Positions 1-10,892 of a DNA stretch of 64,000 nt are shown here, piece after piece. Within the stretch, counting starts at the first letter, position 1; each line of letters begins with the position of its first letter. Source of the DNA: Sedimentisphaerales bacterium. GTDB lineage: Bacteria > Planctomycetota > Phycisphaerae > Sedimentisphaerales > Anaerobacaceae. The notes under the pieces are model-generated. The model did no database searches. It saw only the letters and a list, made by a program, of their open reading frames with translations, and was not told the origin of the DNA. The stretch is from assembly GCA_963708075.1 (NCBI GenBank), contig OY970194.1, positions 1 to 64,000 of the forward strand, read 5' to 3'. Position numbers and translations under genes: made by a program.

Positions 1-46
1 TTCCTAAACCCTTGTCCCGCAAGGGCTAACGAATGCCCGCGAAAAA

Positions 47-204
47 TGTAGCCCAGCCGCCCCCGGCTGGAGGGCGCCGAGAACACAAAGTCCACGAAAC
101 CGCAGACAGCGTCCCTTCGATAGGATCAGGGCAGGCTCTGAGCGGAGCCGAAGGATGAACGGCGGCCTACGGGCGCTCGTAGGGTGGGTCCTTGACCCAC
201 GCGG
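47..204. repeat. Cluster of REP-like palindromes
   Basis: GTAG followed by a hairpin at 47-70 (TGTAGCCCAGCCGCCCCCGGCTGG) and at about 179-204 (GTAGGGTGGGTCCTTGACCCAC). A CCCTTCGA...CTGAGCGGAGCCGAAGG element lies at about 113-154. Confidence 0.65.
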
Positions 205-1187
205 TTACCCGAGCGGATCGTTCCTTGACTATGGTAGGCCCTCGCGACACCAACCAAAATCCAAAGCCTGACCCCTATTCCCCCTATTCCCCATCTCGCC
301 ACAAGTTGGCGGTTTACGAGGCAAACCGCCAAACGCTTTGTTACGAAGACGGATCAGAGCCCGCGTCGGTAGGCACGGAGGCCCGCGTCGCCGAAAATCG
401 CGGCCTTACATTCCCACTCGCCCACGTTACGCACAGAGGAGAAACCGATTACGTGGGCGGTGTACTCTCACCGGCCCGGATTGAAACTCCGTACAAGTGG
501 GCTGAAGGCGATGCCATTTCATTGTGCCCACTTGCCATTGAGCCGGGCACCCACAAGGTGATGCTGCTCGCACGGTGTTCGCGTTGCGGAAAAGATGTCC
601 GAGTAAGCACACAGCAGCAGACCTTCCTTTTGATCTCCAAAGAAGAACTGGCAATGCCCGGCAGTCGATACAGCGCAAAAAACATTTTCCGCAACTTGTT
701 GGCTCGGAGGGCTGGCGAGTTCTTCGGCGGCACCGGCCTGGCAGCATTGGTTGGCGGGTTCATCTTTTTGGGGGTTGCAGTTGGCTTGCACTGGCCGGCA
801 TTTCTTCGGTATCTAGGTTTCCCCTTAATTTTTGCTGCTTCTTGGGGAATGGTAGCGTTAGTGATATGGCATTATGTGACGAGAGGAAGGGACATCTTGC
901 TGTATATTCGTCCAGGGTGGCGTGGATACCAATCGGCGTCGGCCCTAGGCTACGATGACCCTCGGTCGTTCAACCTGCTGACGAACATTGTGCTTGAAGC
1001 AGACTTTGGACGATCCGAACCAACCCATTTCTTCACCTGGGAAGAATCGGGACCATACTCGGCTGGGCGGGTGACGGACCACGGCCTCGGTTCACTTTTG
1101 GAATCGTATGGCTTCCTGAACGAACACGTGTGGGTGGCTTATTCCCCGAAAGTGGCCCATGCGCCGGGCGGAACGTATGCACAATGA
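192..1187 (+). CDS. Hypothetical membrane protein (start uncertain)
   Basis: 331-aa ORF with two hydrophobic segments and a CxxC motif (CSRC). The TTG start overlaps a REP, so the true start may be downstream. Confidence 0.5.
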   Translation: MTHAVTRADRSLTMVGPRDTNQNPKPDPYSPYSPSRHKLAVYEANRQTLCYEDGSEPASVGTEARVAENRGLTFPLAHVTHRGETDYVGGVLSPARIETPYKWAEGDAISLCPLAIEPGTHKVMLLARCSRCGKDVRVSTQQQTFLLISKEELAMPGSRYSAKNIFRNLLARRAGEFFGGTGLAALVGGFIFLGVAVGLHWPAFLRYLGFPLIFAASWGMVALVIWHYVTRGRDILLYIRPGWRGYQSASALGYDDPRSFNLLTNIVLEADFGRSEPTHFFTWEESGPYSAGRVTDHGLGSLLESYGFLNEHVWVAYSPKVAHAPGGTYAQ

Positions 1188-1434
1188 GGCGTTCGATGCC
1201 CTGCTGGAGGGAAAGGGGTCATGCTTTGGATTTAGGTGTCGCGAAGGAGCACGAATAACTGGGCAGTCACCATGAGAGATGGATAACTCTCCTTACTGCT
1301 CGGCCGTGGTGCATTTCGCATGTCATCGGCAAGGCATATCCACCGCCACTTTGCTCTCGCTCGTTCTTCACGGCAGCTATATACTCATTTCAGCGTGCAA
1401 GCTGAGTTCTCAGGCATTTTGAGGCAGGTGTGAT

Positions 1435-3423
1435 ATGAGCAGGCTGGTTGTTTTCGTCCTCACGTCCCTTGCGATCTGTGGCGTTTGCGCGTCCAGCGAG
1501 CCGCCGTATCCGGCCAGTCCGGTGATTGCCGGGCTGACGTGGGAGGGTGAGGTGATCGTGTGCGGGCGCAGCGGGTCGGGGGACAACTGGCCGATCACGT
1601 GGGTGGAGGACGATCTGTGCATCACGGCGTGGGGCGATGGGCCGGGATTTGATGGGCCGGTGTCTCGCGATGCTCGGCTGACGCTTGGGTTTGCACGCAT
1701 TTACGGCAATCCGCCGGAGGTGCGAGGCGAGGATTTCGCGACGAGTGTGGACACGCTGGAAGGTGGCGGCTCGAGCGGTATCAAGGCCAGTGGCCTGCTG
1801 ATGGTCGATGGCGTGCTGTACATGTTCGCGCGGAATTATAAGCCGGCCGGCTCGGATGATTTCACGAACGCGATCCTGGCATGGTCCCGCGACCGCGGCA
1901 AGAACTGGCAATGGGCCAACTGGCATTTCGCCGACACATTCGGCTGCCCGGAGTTCATCCAGTTCGGCAAGGACTATGAGGGTGCACGGGATGGTTACGT
2001 GTACGTCGCGTCTCAGGCGAACGACAGCGCCTACGGGTATTCGCCGGACATTGTGATGGCGAGAGTGCCGAAGGAGCGTGTTGCCGAGCGCAGTGCGTAC
2101 GAGTTCTTCGCGGGTCTCGGACAGGCCGGCGAGCCCACGTGGTCGGCGGACATCGCCAAGCGTGCCCCCATCTTCACGGACCCGCACGGCACGCAGCGCA
2201 TCGCCATTACGTACAACGCACCGCTGCGCCGCTATATCCTGACCACATCACACCTGCCGCCGGGGACGAGTGCGACGCATACAGCGGCCTTGGGAATCTT
2301 CGACGCGCCCGAGCCGTGGGGACCCTGGACCACGGTGTATTACAGCGACGACTGGTCCTCGACGGGCGGGCTGAATTGCCGGACCTACCATCACAAATTC
2401 CCGACCAAGTGGATGAGCAAGGATGGGAAGGAGATGTGGCTGCTGTATTCGGGTCTGGACTGCGGCTTGTATGGCTTTTGCATGAAGAAGGTCCGGCTGG
2501 CGGTGCAGCGGACGGAAGAGAGCGGCGGCGGTCCCGGGTTGGCCCGGCACTATCCCGGCGACCAGGGGATTGAGAACGATCCGGCGGTGGTCTTTGCTGA
2601 GAATTTCGAGGAGCCGAACCTCGACGCCGTCTGGTCTCGATGGGAGGGCATACAGAACAACGGGACCATGTCCCTGTCGCCGGATGTCCCGCCGGGCGGC
2701 GCCGGCAGGCAATCGCTCCTGATGGCGCACGTGGGCGGGCGGAGCACCGGCGGGCACCTGTATCGACAACTGTTGCCGGGCTACGATAAGCTCCATGTCC
2801 GCTTCTATGTCAAGTTCGATCCGAACTGCTTCCCGATTCACCACTTTGTCCACGTGGGCGGGTACAATCCCCCGACGCCCTGGCCGCAAGGCGGCGCCGG
2901 GATTCGCCCCGATGGCAACGAGCGGTTCACAACGGGAGTCGAGCCCTATGGCAAATACTGGCGGTGGGATTTCTATTCCTACTGGATGGCGATGCGTTCG
3001 TCGCCCGATGGCAAGTCCTGGGGACACGATTTCATCAACGACCCGGCGCTGAGCGCCGAGCGCGGCCGGTGGATTTGCGTCGAGCTGATGATGAAGATGA
3101 ACGAGCCCGTGACACAGAGCAACGGCGAGCAGGCCCTGTGGATCGACGGGCGGCCCTGGATCAGGGACGGGCAGACCGTCAGCCATCTCGGGCAGGGTTT
3201 CCCGCGAGGCAAGTGGGTCTGGGACAGTTTCAATCCCGACCCGCAGGGCGAGCCATTCGAAGGTTTCCGCTGGCGCACGACAGAGGATCTGAAGCTGAAC
3301 TTCCTATGGCTGCTGCTCTACATCACCGACTCACCGCCCGGCCACATCAGCAAGGTGTGGTTCGACGACATCGTCGTGGCCCGGGAGTACATCGGCCCGA
3401 TAAACACTTCGGGCGATCGTTGA
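1435..3423 (+). CDS. Secreted two-domain protein: DUF4185-like propeller plus polysaccharide-lyase-like jelly-roll
   Basis: Signal peptide; GDNWPITW, Asp-box-like SRDRGKNW and APEPWGPW motifs; C-terminal domain with RFYVKF, GRWICVELMMK and VWFDDIVVA. Confidence 0.7.
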   Translation: MSRLVVFVLTSLAICGVCASSEPPYPASPVIAGLTWEGEVIVCGRSGSGDNWPITWVEDDLCITAWGDGPGFDGPVSRDARLTLGFARIYGNPPEVRGEDFATSVDTLEGGGSSGIKASGLLMVDGVLYMFARNYKPAGSDDFTNAILAWSRDRGKNWQWANWHFADTFGCPEFIQFGKDYEGARDGYVYVASQANDSAYGYSPDIVMARVPKERVAERSAYEFFAGLGQAGEPTWSADIAKRAPIFTDPHGTQRIAITYNAPLRRYILTTSHLPPGTSATHTAALGIFDAPEPWGPWTTVYYSDDWSSTGGLNCRTYHHKFPTKWMSKDGKEMWLLYSGLDCGLYGFCMKKVRLAVQRTEESGGGPGLARHYPGDQGIENDPAVVFAENFEEPNLDAVWSRWEGIQNNGTMSLSPDVPPGGAGRQSLLMAHVGGRSTGGHLYRQLLPGYDKLHVRFYVKFDPNCFPIHHFVHVGGYNPPTPWPQGGAGIRPDGNERFTTGVEPYGKYWRWDFYSYWMAMRSSPDGKSWGHDFINDPALSAERGRWICVELMMKMNEPVTQSNGEQALWIDGRPWIRDGQTVSHLGQGFPRGKWVWDSFNPDPQGEPFEGFRWRTTEDLKLNFLWLLLYITDSPPGHISKVWFDDIVVAREYIGPINTSGDR

Positions 3424-3664
3424 CGGCCCTCGCGCGGAATCCTCAACGGTAGCACTCATCCGCCGGCGCCGGCCCGATAGTCCGCACAAGAGGAGAAACA
3501 GCCCTTTTCTCCGGACCCACGCGGCTCGATATATGTGCCGCCCTTGCCATTTCACAACAGTCCCGGAAAGTCCGGCATATCTCAGGGCATCATAAAGTCG
3601 CTGCGCCAAATCGCCGATAGGCCTCTTATAAGACTCTCAGTAGGACTAAAGGAGAAGCGTCACG

Positions 3665-5968
3665 ATGGTAGGTAATCGTGCCGGCATTCAGTTGATTCCC
3701 CTGATCGCAGCGGTCCTGTTCGTCTTGCCCGGACGCGCCAACGAGGTGTCGTGGATACAAGGGCAGACCGGTCCGTCGGCGTGGTCGATCTCTCCCGCAC
3801 AACCGAGCGACACGGACAACATTCAGTTCTCCGGTCCGGTGCGCTTCTACATCAACCGGTGTGTGGCGGAGACCTCGCTGGGCGGAAAGCCGAAGCTGCT
3901 CATCGATCACGGCAGCAGGATCATCGAGCTGCGGTTCGAGCCGCCGGCCACCCTCGATTGCCTGGGGTTCTACAGCCCCGTCTGCGGGCTCAATGGCGCC
4001 TTGGGACCCCTGGAGGCCGGGCCGTGGCGATTCTTCAACTCTGCCAACGGCATCGGCTTTTTCATCGAGTTTGCCGTCGCGGGCGATGGCGCGATCCAAT
4101 CCTTCTGCTACGTGGACCCAAACGCCCCGGGGGCCCGGACCGGATCGAACTGGAAGGATGCGATGGGCTCCCTGCAGGATGCCCTGGCGGTCGCGGAGGA
4201 AGGCACGGAGATCCGTGTGGCTCGAGGCACCTATCGGCCTGACTTGGGCGCCGGCATCGAGAGAGGCGACCAGAACGCCACATTCCGGTTGAAGAAGGGT
4301 GTGGTCCTGAAAGGTGGCTACGCCGGCTGGCGCGGTGTCAATCCGAACGCTCGCAGTGTCTTTGCCTATGAGACGATTCTCAGCGGCGACCTGTTCCACG
4401 ACGATGAGCCCCTCTCCCGCCTTTCGGAGATCATTGGTGATTTCGACCGGGGGGACAACAGCCACCACGTGGTCACGATCAGCGGAACGGACTCCAACGC
4501 CGTGCTGGACGGCTTCACGGTCATGGGCGGTGTCGCGGTCGACTCCGAGTTGCCTGACAACCTGAACGGCGGGGGCGGTATCTACAATGATGGCGGCAGC
4601 GCGACCATTCGCAACTGCTTGATCATCGGCAACGGCGCCGTCTCTTATGGCGCCGGGTTCTACAGTCGCGGCAAGTGCACCCCTGTCCTGATCGACTGCA
4701 CGGTCGCGAACAACTGGTCCGGCTGGGCCGGCGGAGGCATCTACTATCACCAGGGCAGCGACCTGATCGTGAGCCGCTGCGTCGTCACGAGCAACGGCGC
4801 CGAGTTCCAGGGAGGCGGCATCTGCAGTTACGGTGGCGGACAATTGCTGCTCTCGAACAGCGTCATCAGCGGCAACTGGGCGAACGACTCGACGTGGAGC
4901 CGCGGCGGCGGCCTGTACGGCTCGGTGGCCGATGCCCATGTGAACCACTGCACATTCGTCGGCAATCAGGCCGCGGCCGGAAGCGCCATGGCGTGCGATT
5001 TGTTCGCCGAGTCGGACACCAGTGAGATGCACCTGAGCAACTGCGTTCTGTGGGGCGACGGAAAACTCATTGAGGCGGAGGGCCAGGCACGCGTGGAGAT
5101 CACGTACAGTGACGTTCGCGGCGGATGGCCGGGCGAGGGTAATATCGACATGGACCCGTGCTTTATTCAGATCGGATCCTGGAACGACGCCGGGACCACC
5201 TGGGACCCATGCGACGACGCCTGGACGGACGGGGATCACCGCCTGCAGTGGGCTTCGCCGTGCGTGGACACCGCCAGTCTCGAAGCCGTCTGGGAGCCCA
5301 ATGGGACGGACCTGGACGGACAGCCTCGCGTGTCCGGCATCACAGCCGATATGGGAGCATACGAGACACGAAACGATCCGCCTGTGGCCAACGCCGGGCC
5401 GGATGTCATGGGCTTTACCGTTGCCAATGACACGGCAGCAGCCGTGACCCTGGACGCCGGCGAATCCTACGATCCTGAAGGCTTGCCGCTGCAGTATCGC
5501 TGGTACTACGATGACGAGCTGGTCTGGGAGCAGGCCCGCTTCATCACTGTGCTTTTCCCCGGTGCGCGTACGTTCAAGCTGGAGGTCCGCGACCCTACGG
5601 GACTGACCGCCTTGGATGAGGCGACCGCCACGGTTACACTGGTAATCACCACGAAGGCATTTGTGTCGCCCCAGAAGATGCAGCGGAACAGCAGTCAGGA
5701 CGTCACCGCTCTGATTGTTCTGCCCAGGGGCAAGTTTGCCAAGGACTTCGATGCAGCCGAGCCGCTGCTGCTGTTTCCGGGCGGCATCGCGGCGGTCAAG
5801 CAGAGCACCTTCATGTGGCTGAGCGGCGATGCGATGGCCCTGGGCACGTTCAAGCGGGCCGATGTGATGGCCGCCGTACCTGCCAACGGACGAACGGAGT
5901 TGAGGGTCGTGGGCCGGCTCAAGGATGGCCAGCACTTCAGCGCCGTGGACCACGCCACCATTGAGTGA
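3665..5968 (+). CDS. Secreted right-handed beta-helix protein with choice-of-anchor-Q-like and PKD-like domains
   Basis: AAGGAG SD; signal peptide; repeated GGGIY/N..GN units; SPCVD...DLDG.PR...DMGAYE; PVANAGPD...LDAGESYDPEG. Confidence 0.75.
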   Translation: MVGNRAGIQLIPLIAAVLFVLPGRANEVSWIQGQTGPSAWSISPAQPSDTDNIQFSGPVRFYINRCVAETSLGGKPKLLIDHGSRIIELRFEPPATLDCLGFYSPVCGLNGALGPLEAGPWRFFNSANGIGFFIEFAVAGDGAIQSFCYVDPNAPGARTGSNWKDAMGSLQDALAVAEEGTEIRVARGTYRPDLGAGIERGDQNATFRLKKGVVLKGGYAGWRGVNPNARSVFAYETILSGDLFHDDEPLSRLSEIIGDFDRGDNSHHVVTISGTDSNAVLDGFTVMGGVAVDSELPDNLNGGGGIYNDGGSATIRNCLIIGNGAVSYGAGFYSRGKCTPVLIDCTVANNWSGWAGGGIYYHQGSDLIVSRCVVTSNGAEFQGGGICSYGGGQLLLSNSVISGNWANDSTWSRGGGLYGSVADAHVNHCTFVGNQAAAGSAMACDLFAESDTSEMHLSNCVLWGDGKLIEAEGQARVEITYSDVRGGWPGEGNIDMDPCFIQIGSWNDAGTTWDPCDDAWTDGDHRLQWASPCVDTASLEAVWEPNGTDLDGQPRVSGITADMGAYETRNDPPVANAGPDVMGFTVANDTAAAVTLDAGESYDPEGLPLQYRWYYDDELVWEQARFITVLFPGARTFKLEVRDPTGLTALDEATATVTLVITTKAFVSPQKMQRNSSQDVTALIVLPRGKFAKDFDAAEPLLLFPGGIAAVKQSTFMWLSGDAMALGTFKRADVMAAVPANGRTELRVVGRLKDGQHFSAVDHATIE

Positions 5969-6739
5969 TCACAGCTTGAATTCCGCGATGATGGGCGTGT
6001 GGTCGCTCGGCCGGTCGGCAGCCCGTGGTCCCTTGTCAATGTAGCATGCGACGGACCTCTGGGCGAGGGGGGCGGTGGCCATGATATGATCCAGACGCCA
6101 GCCGCGGTTGCGCTTGAAGGGATTGCCCGGCCGGTAATCCCAGTATGTATACTGGCCTGCTTCTCCACAGTGCATCCGAAATACGTCGATCAATCCCCAC
6201 TGCATGATCTGTTCGAGGGCGCGGCGAACCTCGGGACGGTAGCAGACATGACCCTCCAGTCGCACGGGATCGTACACGTCGATTGGCAGCGGCGCGACGT
6301 TCATATCGCCCACCCATACGGCGAGATCCGTCGGCCGCAGGATTGAGCGAAAGTAGTCCAGAAGCCGCCTGAACCACTCCAGTTTGTACTCGAAGCGGTC
6401 CGAGGTTGGCAGGTAGCCTTGCGGGATGTAGGTGTTGACGATGGTCACCTCGCCTATGCGTGCCTTGACCAGACGTGACTCGTCCCGGGGTTCGGTCGGC
6501 AATCCGAATTCAATGTCGGCCATTTCCTGCGTGGCGAGCAGGGCGACGCCGTTGTAGCCTTTCTGGCCGTGAAAGGCACAGCGATAGCCGATTTCCTCGA
6601 ATGCAGCCTTCGGGAACTCATCGTCCTGCACCTTCGTCTCCTGCGTGGCGAGGACATCCGGCCGGCTTTGTCTGAGCCATTCGAGCACGAGCGGCAGCCT
6701 CACGCGGATCGAGTTGACGTTGTAGCTGGCTACTTTCAT
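5969..6739 (-). CDS. xth: Exodeoxyribonuclease III
   Basis: Motifs SYNVNSIR, QETK, YNGVA, GDMNVA, GWRLDH and SDHTP. Confidence 0.95.
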   Translation of the reverse strand: MKVASYNVNSIRVRLPLVLEWLRQSRPDVLATQETKVQDDEFPKAAFEEIGYRCAFHGQKGYNGVALLATQEMADIEFGLPTEPRDESRLVKARIGEVTIVNTYIPQGYLPTSDRFEYKLEWFRRLLDYFRSILRPTDLAVWVGDMNVAPLPIDVYDPVRLEGHVCYRPEVRRALEQIMQWGLIDVFRMHCGEAGQYTYWDYRPGNPFKRNRGWRLDHIMATAPLAQRSVACYIDKGPRAADRPSDHTPIIAEFKL

Positions 6740-9123
6740 GCCTCGTCGACCCCGGTTTGTGCGGCGGCCTCGTCTTCCAGGGTCGTTTGGGCCTCCGCCG
6801 GAGTCTCGGCGATTGGCTCAGCGCGCAGACGTGCGTTCGGCCATGCGACGTTCTTCTCCGACTGAATGCTGTCGAGGATCGCGTAGCTCTCCAGGATGGT
6901 CAGCAGGCTCAGCAGGAAACTGACCATGCTCTCGGCGCCCTGATTACCGTTGACGCCGCCGGCCATGAGCCCGTCCGAGCAGCCCTTCGTTCGGAAATCA
7001 TAAAGCGGGATACGCAGGTCATTCGTGCCCAGGAACCAGTCGAACGCCGTCCGCTGCAGCGAGAGGAACTTGCTGTCCTTCGTTACGTCATAGGCGGCGC
7101 GGAGCATCATGACGGTGGCGGCGGCATCGACCGGCTGCTGGTCGAACACGGCCCGGGTCTTGCCCCGTGGATACCAGCCCTGGCTGCCGATGAAACTGAA
7201 GTGATCGCCGTCGAACGTGTTCTCCAGGAGGAAGTCGGCGGTCGTCGAAGCCACTTCGACATACCTGCTGCTGTCCAGCGTCAGCCCGGCCATAAACAGG
7301 GCGTGGGGCAGGACGGCGTTGTCGTACGTGAGGGCATCCTCGAACCAGTCCCAGTCCGGGTGACGGCCCTCGCGGTACTGGCTGACGAGACGGTCCGCCG
7401 CCAGCTCCAGCTTGCGTTTGATGTCGCTGGCTCCCGGGAACTGCCGGAGATAGTTGCACATGCCGAGGATGCAGTAGGCGGTGCCTCGGGCGGACTGCTC
7501 GTGCACGTGGCCGATGGACCTGTCGAAGTAATCCTTGACCACGGATAGATAGGCCGGGGAAGGCGGATTGGCCATGATGACCCCCAGCGCCCAGATGGTC
7601 CGTCCCAGACCGTCATGCTCGGGCTCCTCCTCACTCCATCGCCGGTCGAACGACATGAAGTTTCTGAACGTCCCGTCGGCATTCTGGGCGTACATCACGA
7701 AGGACAAATAGGTGTCGAGCAGTTTCAAGGCCTGCGGGTCCGGGTATTGCGCATAGTACTTGGCCATGGCGATGGCGCCGCGGGCATTGTCGTCGGTGCA
7801 GTAGCCGTGAGCGCGGTGGGCCACGGTGAATTTCCCGTGCTGAAGCAGGCCCGTATCATCGGTCAGGCGGATCAGGTGCTCGATGGCCGGCTCGGGGACT
7901 TCGATATGAGACAGGGTCTCCACGGCCGTCAGCATGCCGTTTCCGATGATGTGGATAGACGGCTGGGTCTCTTGGAACAGTTCCCCATAGAGCTGCCCGA
8001 CTCTGGGCCAGGTCCTTGACCGCCCGTAGTCATAGGCCTTTCGCCGCAGCGAGTAGTACAACGACTCGTCTTTGAGAATCCGTGCGATCTCGCTTGACAG
8101 CGCGTCCGGATCCCCGAACGGGACAAGCCTTCCACGGCCGTCGGCCAGCAGCTCTTCGGCCGCCCAGTAGGGGGTGGAAACCACCGCCTTGCCCGTGCCG
8201 ACCGCGAAGGCAAGGGTGCCGCTGGTCAATTGTTCCCGGCCGAGGTAGGGCGTGACGTAGATGTCCGCCGCGCACAGGAAGTTGTGCAGCTCTTCATCAT
8301 TCACGAACCGGTTGTGAAAGATCACGTGGTTCTGGAGATCGAGATCGCGGACGAGCTTCTGCAGGCTGAATCGGTAGGACTCCCCCTCGGACCTCAGGAC
8401 GGAAGGGTGGGTCATGCCCAGAACGATGTAAATGGCGGCCGGCTCGACCGCGATGATCCCGGGCATGGCGCGCAGCATGACTTCGATCCCCTTGTTCTTG
8501 CTGATCAGGCCGAACGTCAGGATCGTCTTTCGCCCTTCGAGCCCGAATTTGCTCTTGTAGTAGTTGCTGTCAACGAAAGGCAGGTCGGGAATGCCGTGGG
8601 GAATGAGGTGAATCCGCTTGGCGGGGATGCCGTACACGTCTTGCAGCATCGTGACCCCGCGCTCGTTCATCGTAATGATCTTGTGGGAGCAATCGCAGAT
8701 ATCGACCATGGCCCGGTAGTAGTCTTGCCTGGGCTCATTGATGACGGTGTGGACGGTGGTGATCACGGGAGCTTTGAGCCGTCGCAGGAGCAGGCTCAGG
8801 TAGGAGCCCGCCTCGCCTCCGAAAAGCCCGAACTCGTGCTGCACGGAAACCAGGTCGATGTGGCTGAAATTGATGTAATCGGCGGCGCAGATGTAGTCGC
8901 TTCGCACGTTCTGCCGGATCTCGAATTTCACCGGGTCGTTGTATCGCAGACTGTTGTCCGCCCGCATGGTCACCACCAGAGGCTCGAATTCGCCTTCCGC
9001 TGTCCCCGTGATGCTGCCGATGAGGTCCGACGTGAACGTCGCGATCCCACATCTTCGCGGGGGGAACGTGGAAATGAAGACGACCCGCTTCTTTGCGCCT
9101 TTGAACATCCGTGTCGTTCCCAA
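6736..9123 (-). CDS. Glycosyltransferase family 4 fused to a C-terminal (alpha/alpha)6-like domain
   Basis: PPRRCGIATFT, QHEFGLFGG, SGTLAFAVG; C-terminal YCTDDNAR, LTYDNA, FDQQP, NQGAES. Alternative ATG start at 9108; overlaps the xth start by 4 nt. Confidence 0.85.
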   Translation of the reverse strand: MGTTRMFKGAKKRVVFISTFPPRRCGIATFTSDLIGSITGTAEGEFEPLVVTMRADNSLRYNDPVKFEIRQNVRSDYICAADYINFSHIDLVSVQHEFGLFGGEAGSYLSLLLRRLKAPVITTVHTVINEPRQDYYRAMVDICDCSHKIITMNERGVTMLQDVYGIPAKRIHLIPHGIPDLPFVDSNYYKSKFGLEGRKTILTFGLISKNKGIEVMLRAMPGIIAVEPAAIYIVLGMTHPSVLRSEGESYRFSLQKLVRDLDLQNHVIFHNRFVNDEELHNFLCAADIYVTPYLGREQLTSGTLAFAVGTGKAVVSTPYWAAEELLADGRGRLVPFGDPDALSSEIARILKDESLYYSLRRKAYDYGRSRTWPRVGQLYGELFQETQPSIHIIGNGMLTAVETLSHIEVPEPAIEHLIRLTDDTGLLQHGKFTVAHRAHGYCTDDNARGAIAMAKYYAQYPDPQALKLLDTYLSFVMYAQNADGTFRNFMSFDRRWSEEEPEHDGLGRTIWALGVIMANPPSPAYLSVVKDYFDRSIGHVHEQSARGTAYCILGMCNYLRQFPGASDIKRKLELAADRLVSQYREGRHPDWDWFEDALTYDNAVLPHALFMAGLTLDSSRYVEVASTTADFLLENTFDGDHFSFIGSQGWYPRGKTRAVFDQQPVDAAATVMMLRAAYDVTKDSKFLSLQRTAFDWFLGTNDLRIPLYDFRTKGCSDGLMAGGVNGNQGAESMVSFLLSLLTILESYAILDSIQSEKNVAWPNARLRAEPIAETPAEAQTTLEDEAAAQTGVDEA

Positions 9124-9342
9124 CTCAGTCCATAAGGTCTTTCATCGCGATGATATAGGACCGACCTGCCTCTGTCAATCGACCCGGATGGGCGGAATTG
9201 CCGCAAGAATGCATCACATAATTCCTTAGAAACATTCTGGGAAGCCATCGCACGCCTGTGCTATAATACCTGCATCGATTCCCGCCTTGGCGGGCTTGGC
9301 AGACGATCGCCCCGAATCGCCCAGAATTTTTAGGGTTTTTCC

Positions 9343-9395
9343 TTGCACACACCCACGAACCCCGCGTATTGTACTATACCAATTTAGTAGGAATA
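9343..9395 (+). promoter_or_regulatory. Possible sigma70 promoter and Rrf2-type operator
   Basis: TTGCAC, about 18 nt, TATTGT, followed by the imperfect palindrome TACCAA-T-TTAGTA just upstream of the Rrf2 gene. Confidence 0.35.
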
Positions 9396-9411
9396 GTAGG
9401 AGACCGAATGA

Positions 9412-9843
9412 ATGAAGCTGTCAACACGTACACGGTATGGGATGAGGGCGATCATCGAGTTAGCCCAGTATGAAGGCACGCGGCCGCTGCAACTGAAAAC
9501 GATTGCAGAGCGTCAGGAAATCTCGATCAAGTATCTGGAGCAACTGATGGGTCTGCTTCGCTCCGCCGGGCTCGTGCGAAGCGTTCGGGGTTCCAAGGGG
9601 GGATATGCCCTTGGCCGGCCGCAGGACCAGATCAAAGTCAGCGATGTCTTCCGTTGTCTTGAGGGTACGGTAACCACAACGGAGTGCGTTGAGGATAAGG
9701 ATGTCTGTCACCGGTCGGCGGACTGCGTGGCCCGGGAACTGTGGATGGAGGTCGAAGTGGCGATTCACCAGGTCCTGGATTCCATCACGCTGGCAGATAT
9801 GGTCAAGAGGACCAAGGCACATGGAAGTGACTACCAGATCTGA
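9412..9843 (+). CDS. Rrf2 family regulator (IscR/CymR-like) with three Cys
   Basis: [27 protein letters not shown], and C-x6-C-x5-C. Confidence 0.92.
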   Translation: MKLSTRTRYGMRAIIELAQYEGTRPLQLKTIAERQEISIKYLEQLMGLLRSAGLVRSVRGSKGGYALGRPQDQIKVSDVFRCLEGTVTTTECVEDKDVCHRSADCVARELWMEVEVAIHQVLDSITLADMVKRTKAHGSDYQI

Positions 9844-9857
9844 ACTTGGAGGGGATT

Positions 9858-10802
9858 ATGAGCGCTATCTTTGAAGATATTGTAGCGGCGATCGGATATA
9901 CGCCGCTTGTTCGGATCAACAAACTGGGTTCGGGCAAGGCAGAAATTCTAGCGAAGCTGGAGTCGAAGAACCCCTGCAGCAGCGTCAAGGACCGCATTGC
10001 CAAGTACATGATTGAAGCGGCCGAAGAGCAGGGCCTGATCAAGCCGAATACCATCCTTGTTGAACCGACAAGCGGCAATACGGGGATCGGACTGGCGTTC
10101 ATTTGCGCTGCCAAGGGCATGCCACTGATCCTGACAATGCCCGAATCGATGAGCCTGGAGAGGCGAAAGCTCCTGCAGATCTTCGGGGCCAGAATCATTC
10201 TCACGCCGGCCGAGCGCGGCATGACCGGAGCCATACAGAAGGCCGAGGAGATTGTCGCCGAGAACCCCAACGCCATCATGCTCCAGCAATTCAAAAACCC
10301 GGCAAATCCGAAGGCGCATCGCGAGACGACCGCCCGGGAGATCTGGGTCGATACAGATGGGCGTATCGACATCCTGGTATCGGCCGTGGGGACCGGCGGC
10401 ACGCTCACCGGCTGCGGGCAGGCCCTGCGGGCCAAGAACCCTGAGCTCAAAATCGTGGCGGCCGAGCCGAAGGATTCGCCCGTGCTGTCCGGGGGCAAGC
10501 CGGGGCCTCACAGAATCCAGGGCATCGGCGCCGGCTTTGTGCCCGACGTGCTCGACATGAAGCTGATTGACGAGATTATCCAGGTTTCCAACGAAGACGC
10601 CCTGGACACCGCCCGGGCACTGGCCGTCCGGGAGGGCATTCTCGCCGGCATCAGCAGCGGCGCCAATATCTGGGCCGCCGTGCAACTGTCGCACCGGCCG
10701 GAGAACAAAGGTAAGACAATCGTGACCTTCATTTGCGATACGGGCGAACGTTATCTGTCCACGGACCTGTTCGCAAATCTGCGCGAGCCCGAGCGAGCGT
10801 AG
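9858..10802 (+). CDS. cysK: Cysteine synthase A
   Basis: [45 protein letters not shown]. Confidence 0.96.
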   Translation: MSAIFEDIVAAIGYTPLVRINKLGSGKAEILAKLESKNPCSSVKDRIAKYMIEAAEEQGLIKPNTILVEPTSGNTGIGLAFICAAKGMPLILTMPESMSLERRKLLQIFGARIILTPAERGMTGAIQKAEEIVAENPNAIMLQQFKNPANPKAHRETTAREIWVDTDGRIDILVSAVGTGGTLTGCGQALRAKNPELKIVAAEPKDSPVLSGGKPGPHRIQGIGAGFVPDVLDMKLIDEIIQVSNEDALDTARALAVREGILAGISSGANIWAAVQLSHRPENKGKTIVTFICDTGERYLSTDLFANLREPERA

Positions 10803-10892
10803 GCTTTCCATATCGCTCCATTCATGGTATGAAGGAGGGATTGCAGCGACGATCGCTGCACGTACAGCGATAGGGTAGTGGCAGAAGATAGC

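Noticed and set aside
3..31. dif-like palindrome CCTAAACCCTTG...CAAGGGCTAACG
   Set aside because: At the window edge with no context and a poor match to XerC/D arms; cannot be supported.
3626..5953. Long antisense ORFs (also 9948-11801, 12858-14414, 32818-34782, 34899-36482, 59301-60848)
   Set aside because: Shadows of well-supported genes in high-GC DNA, with no recognisable motifs.
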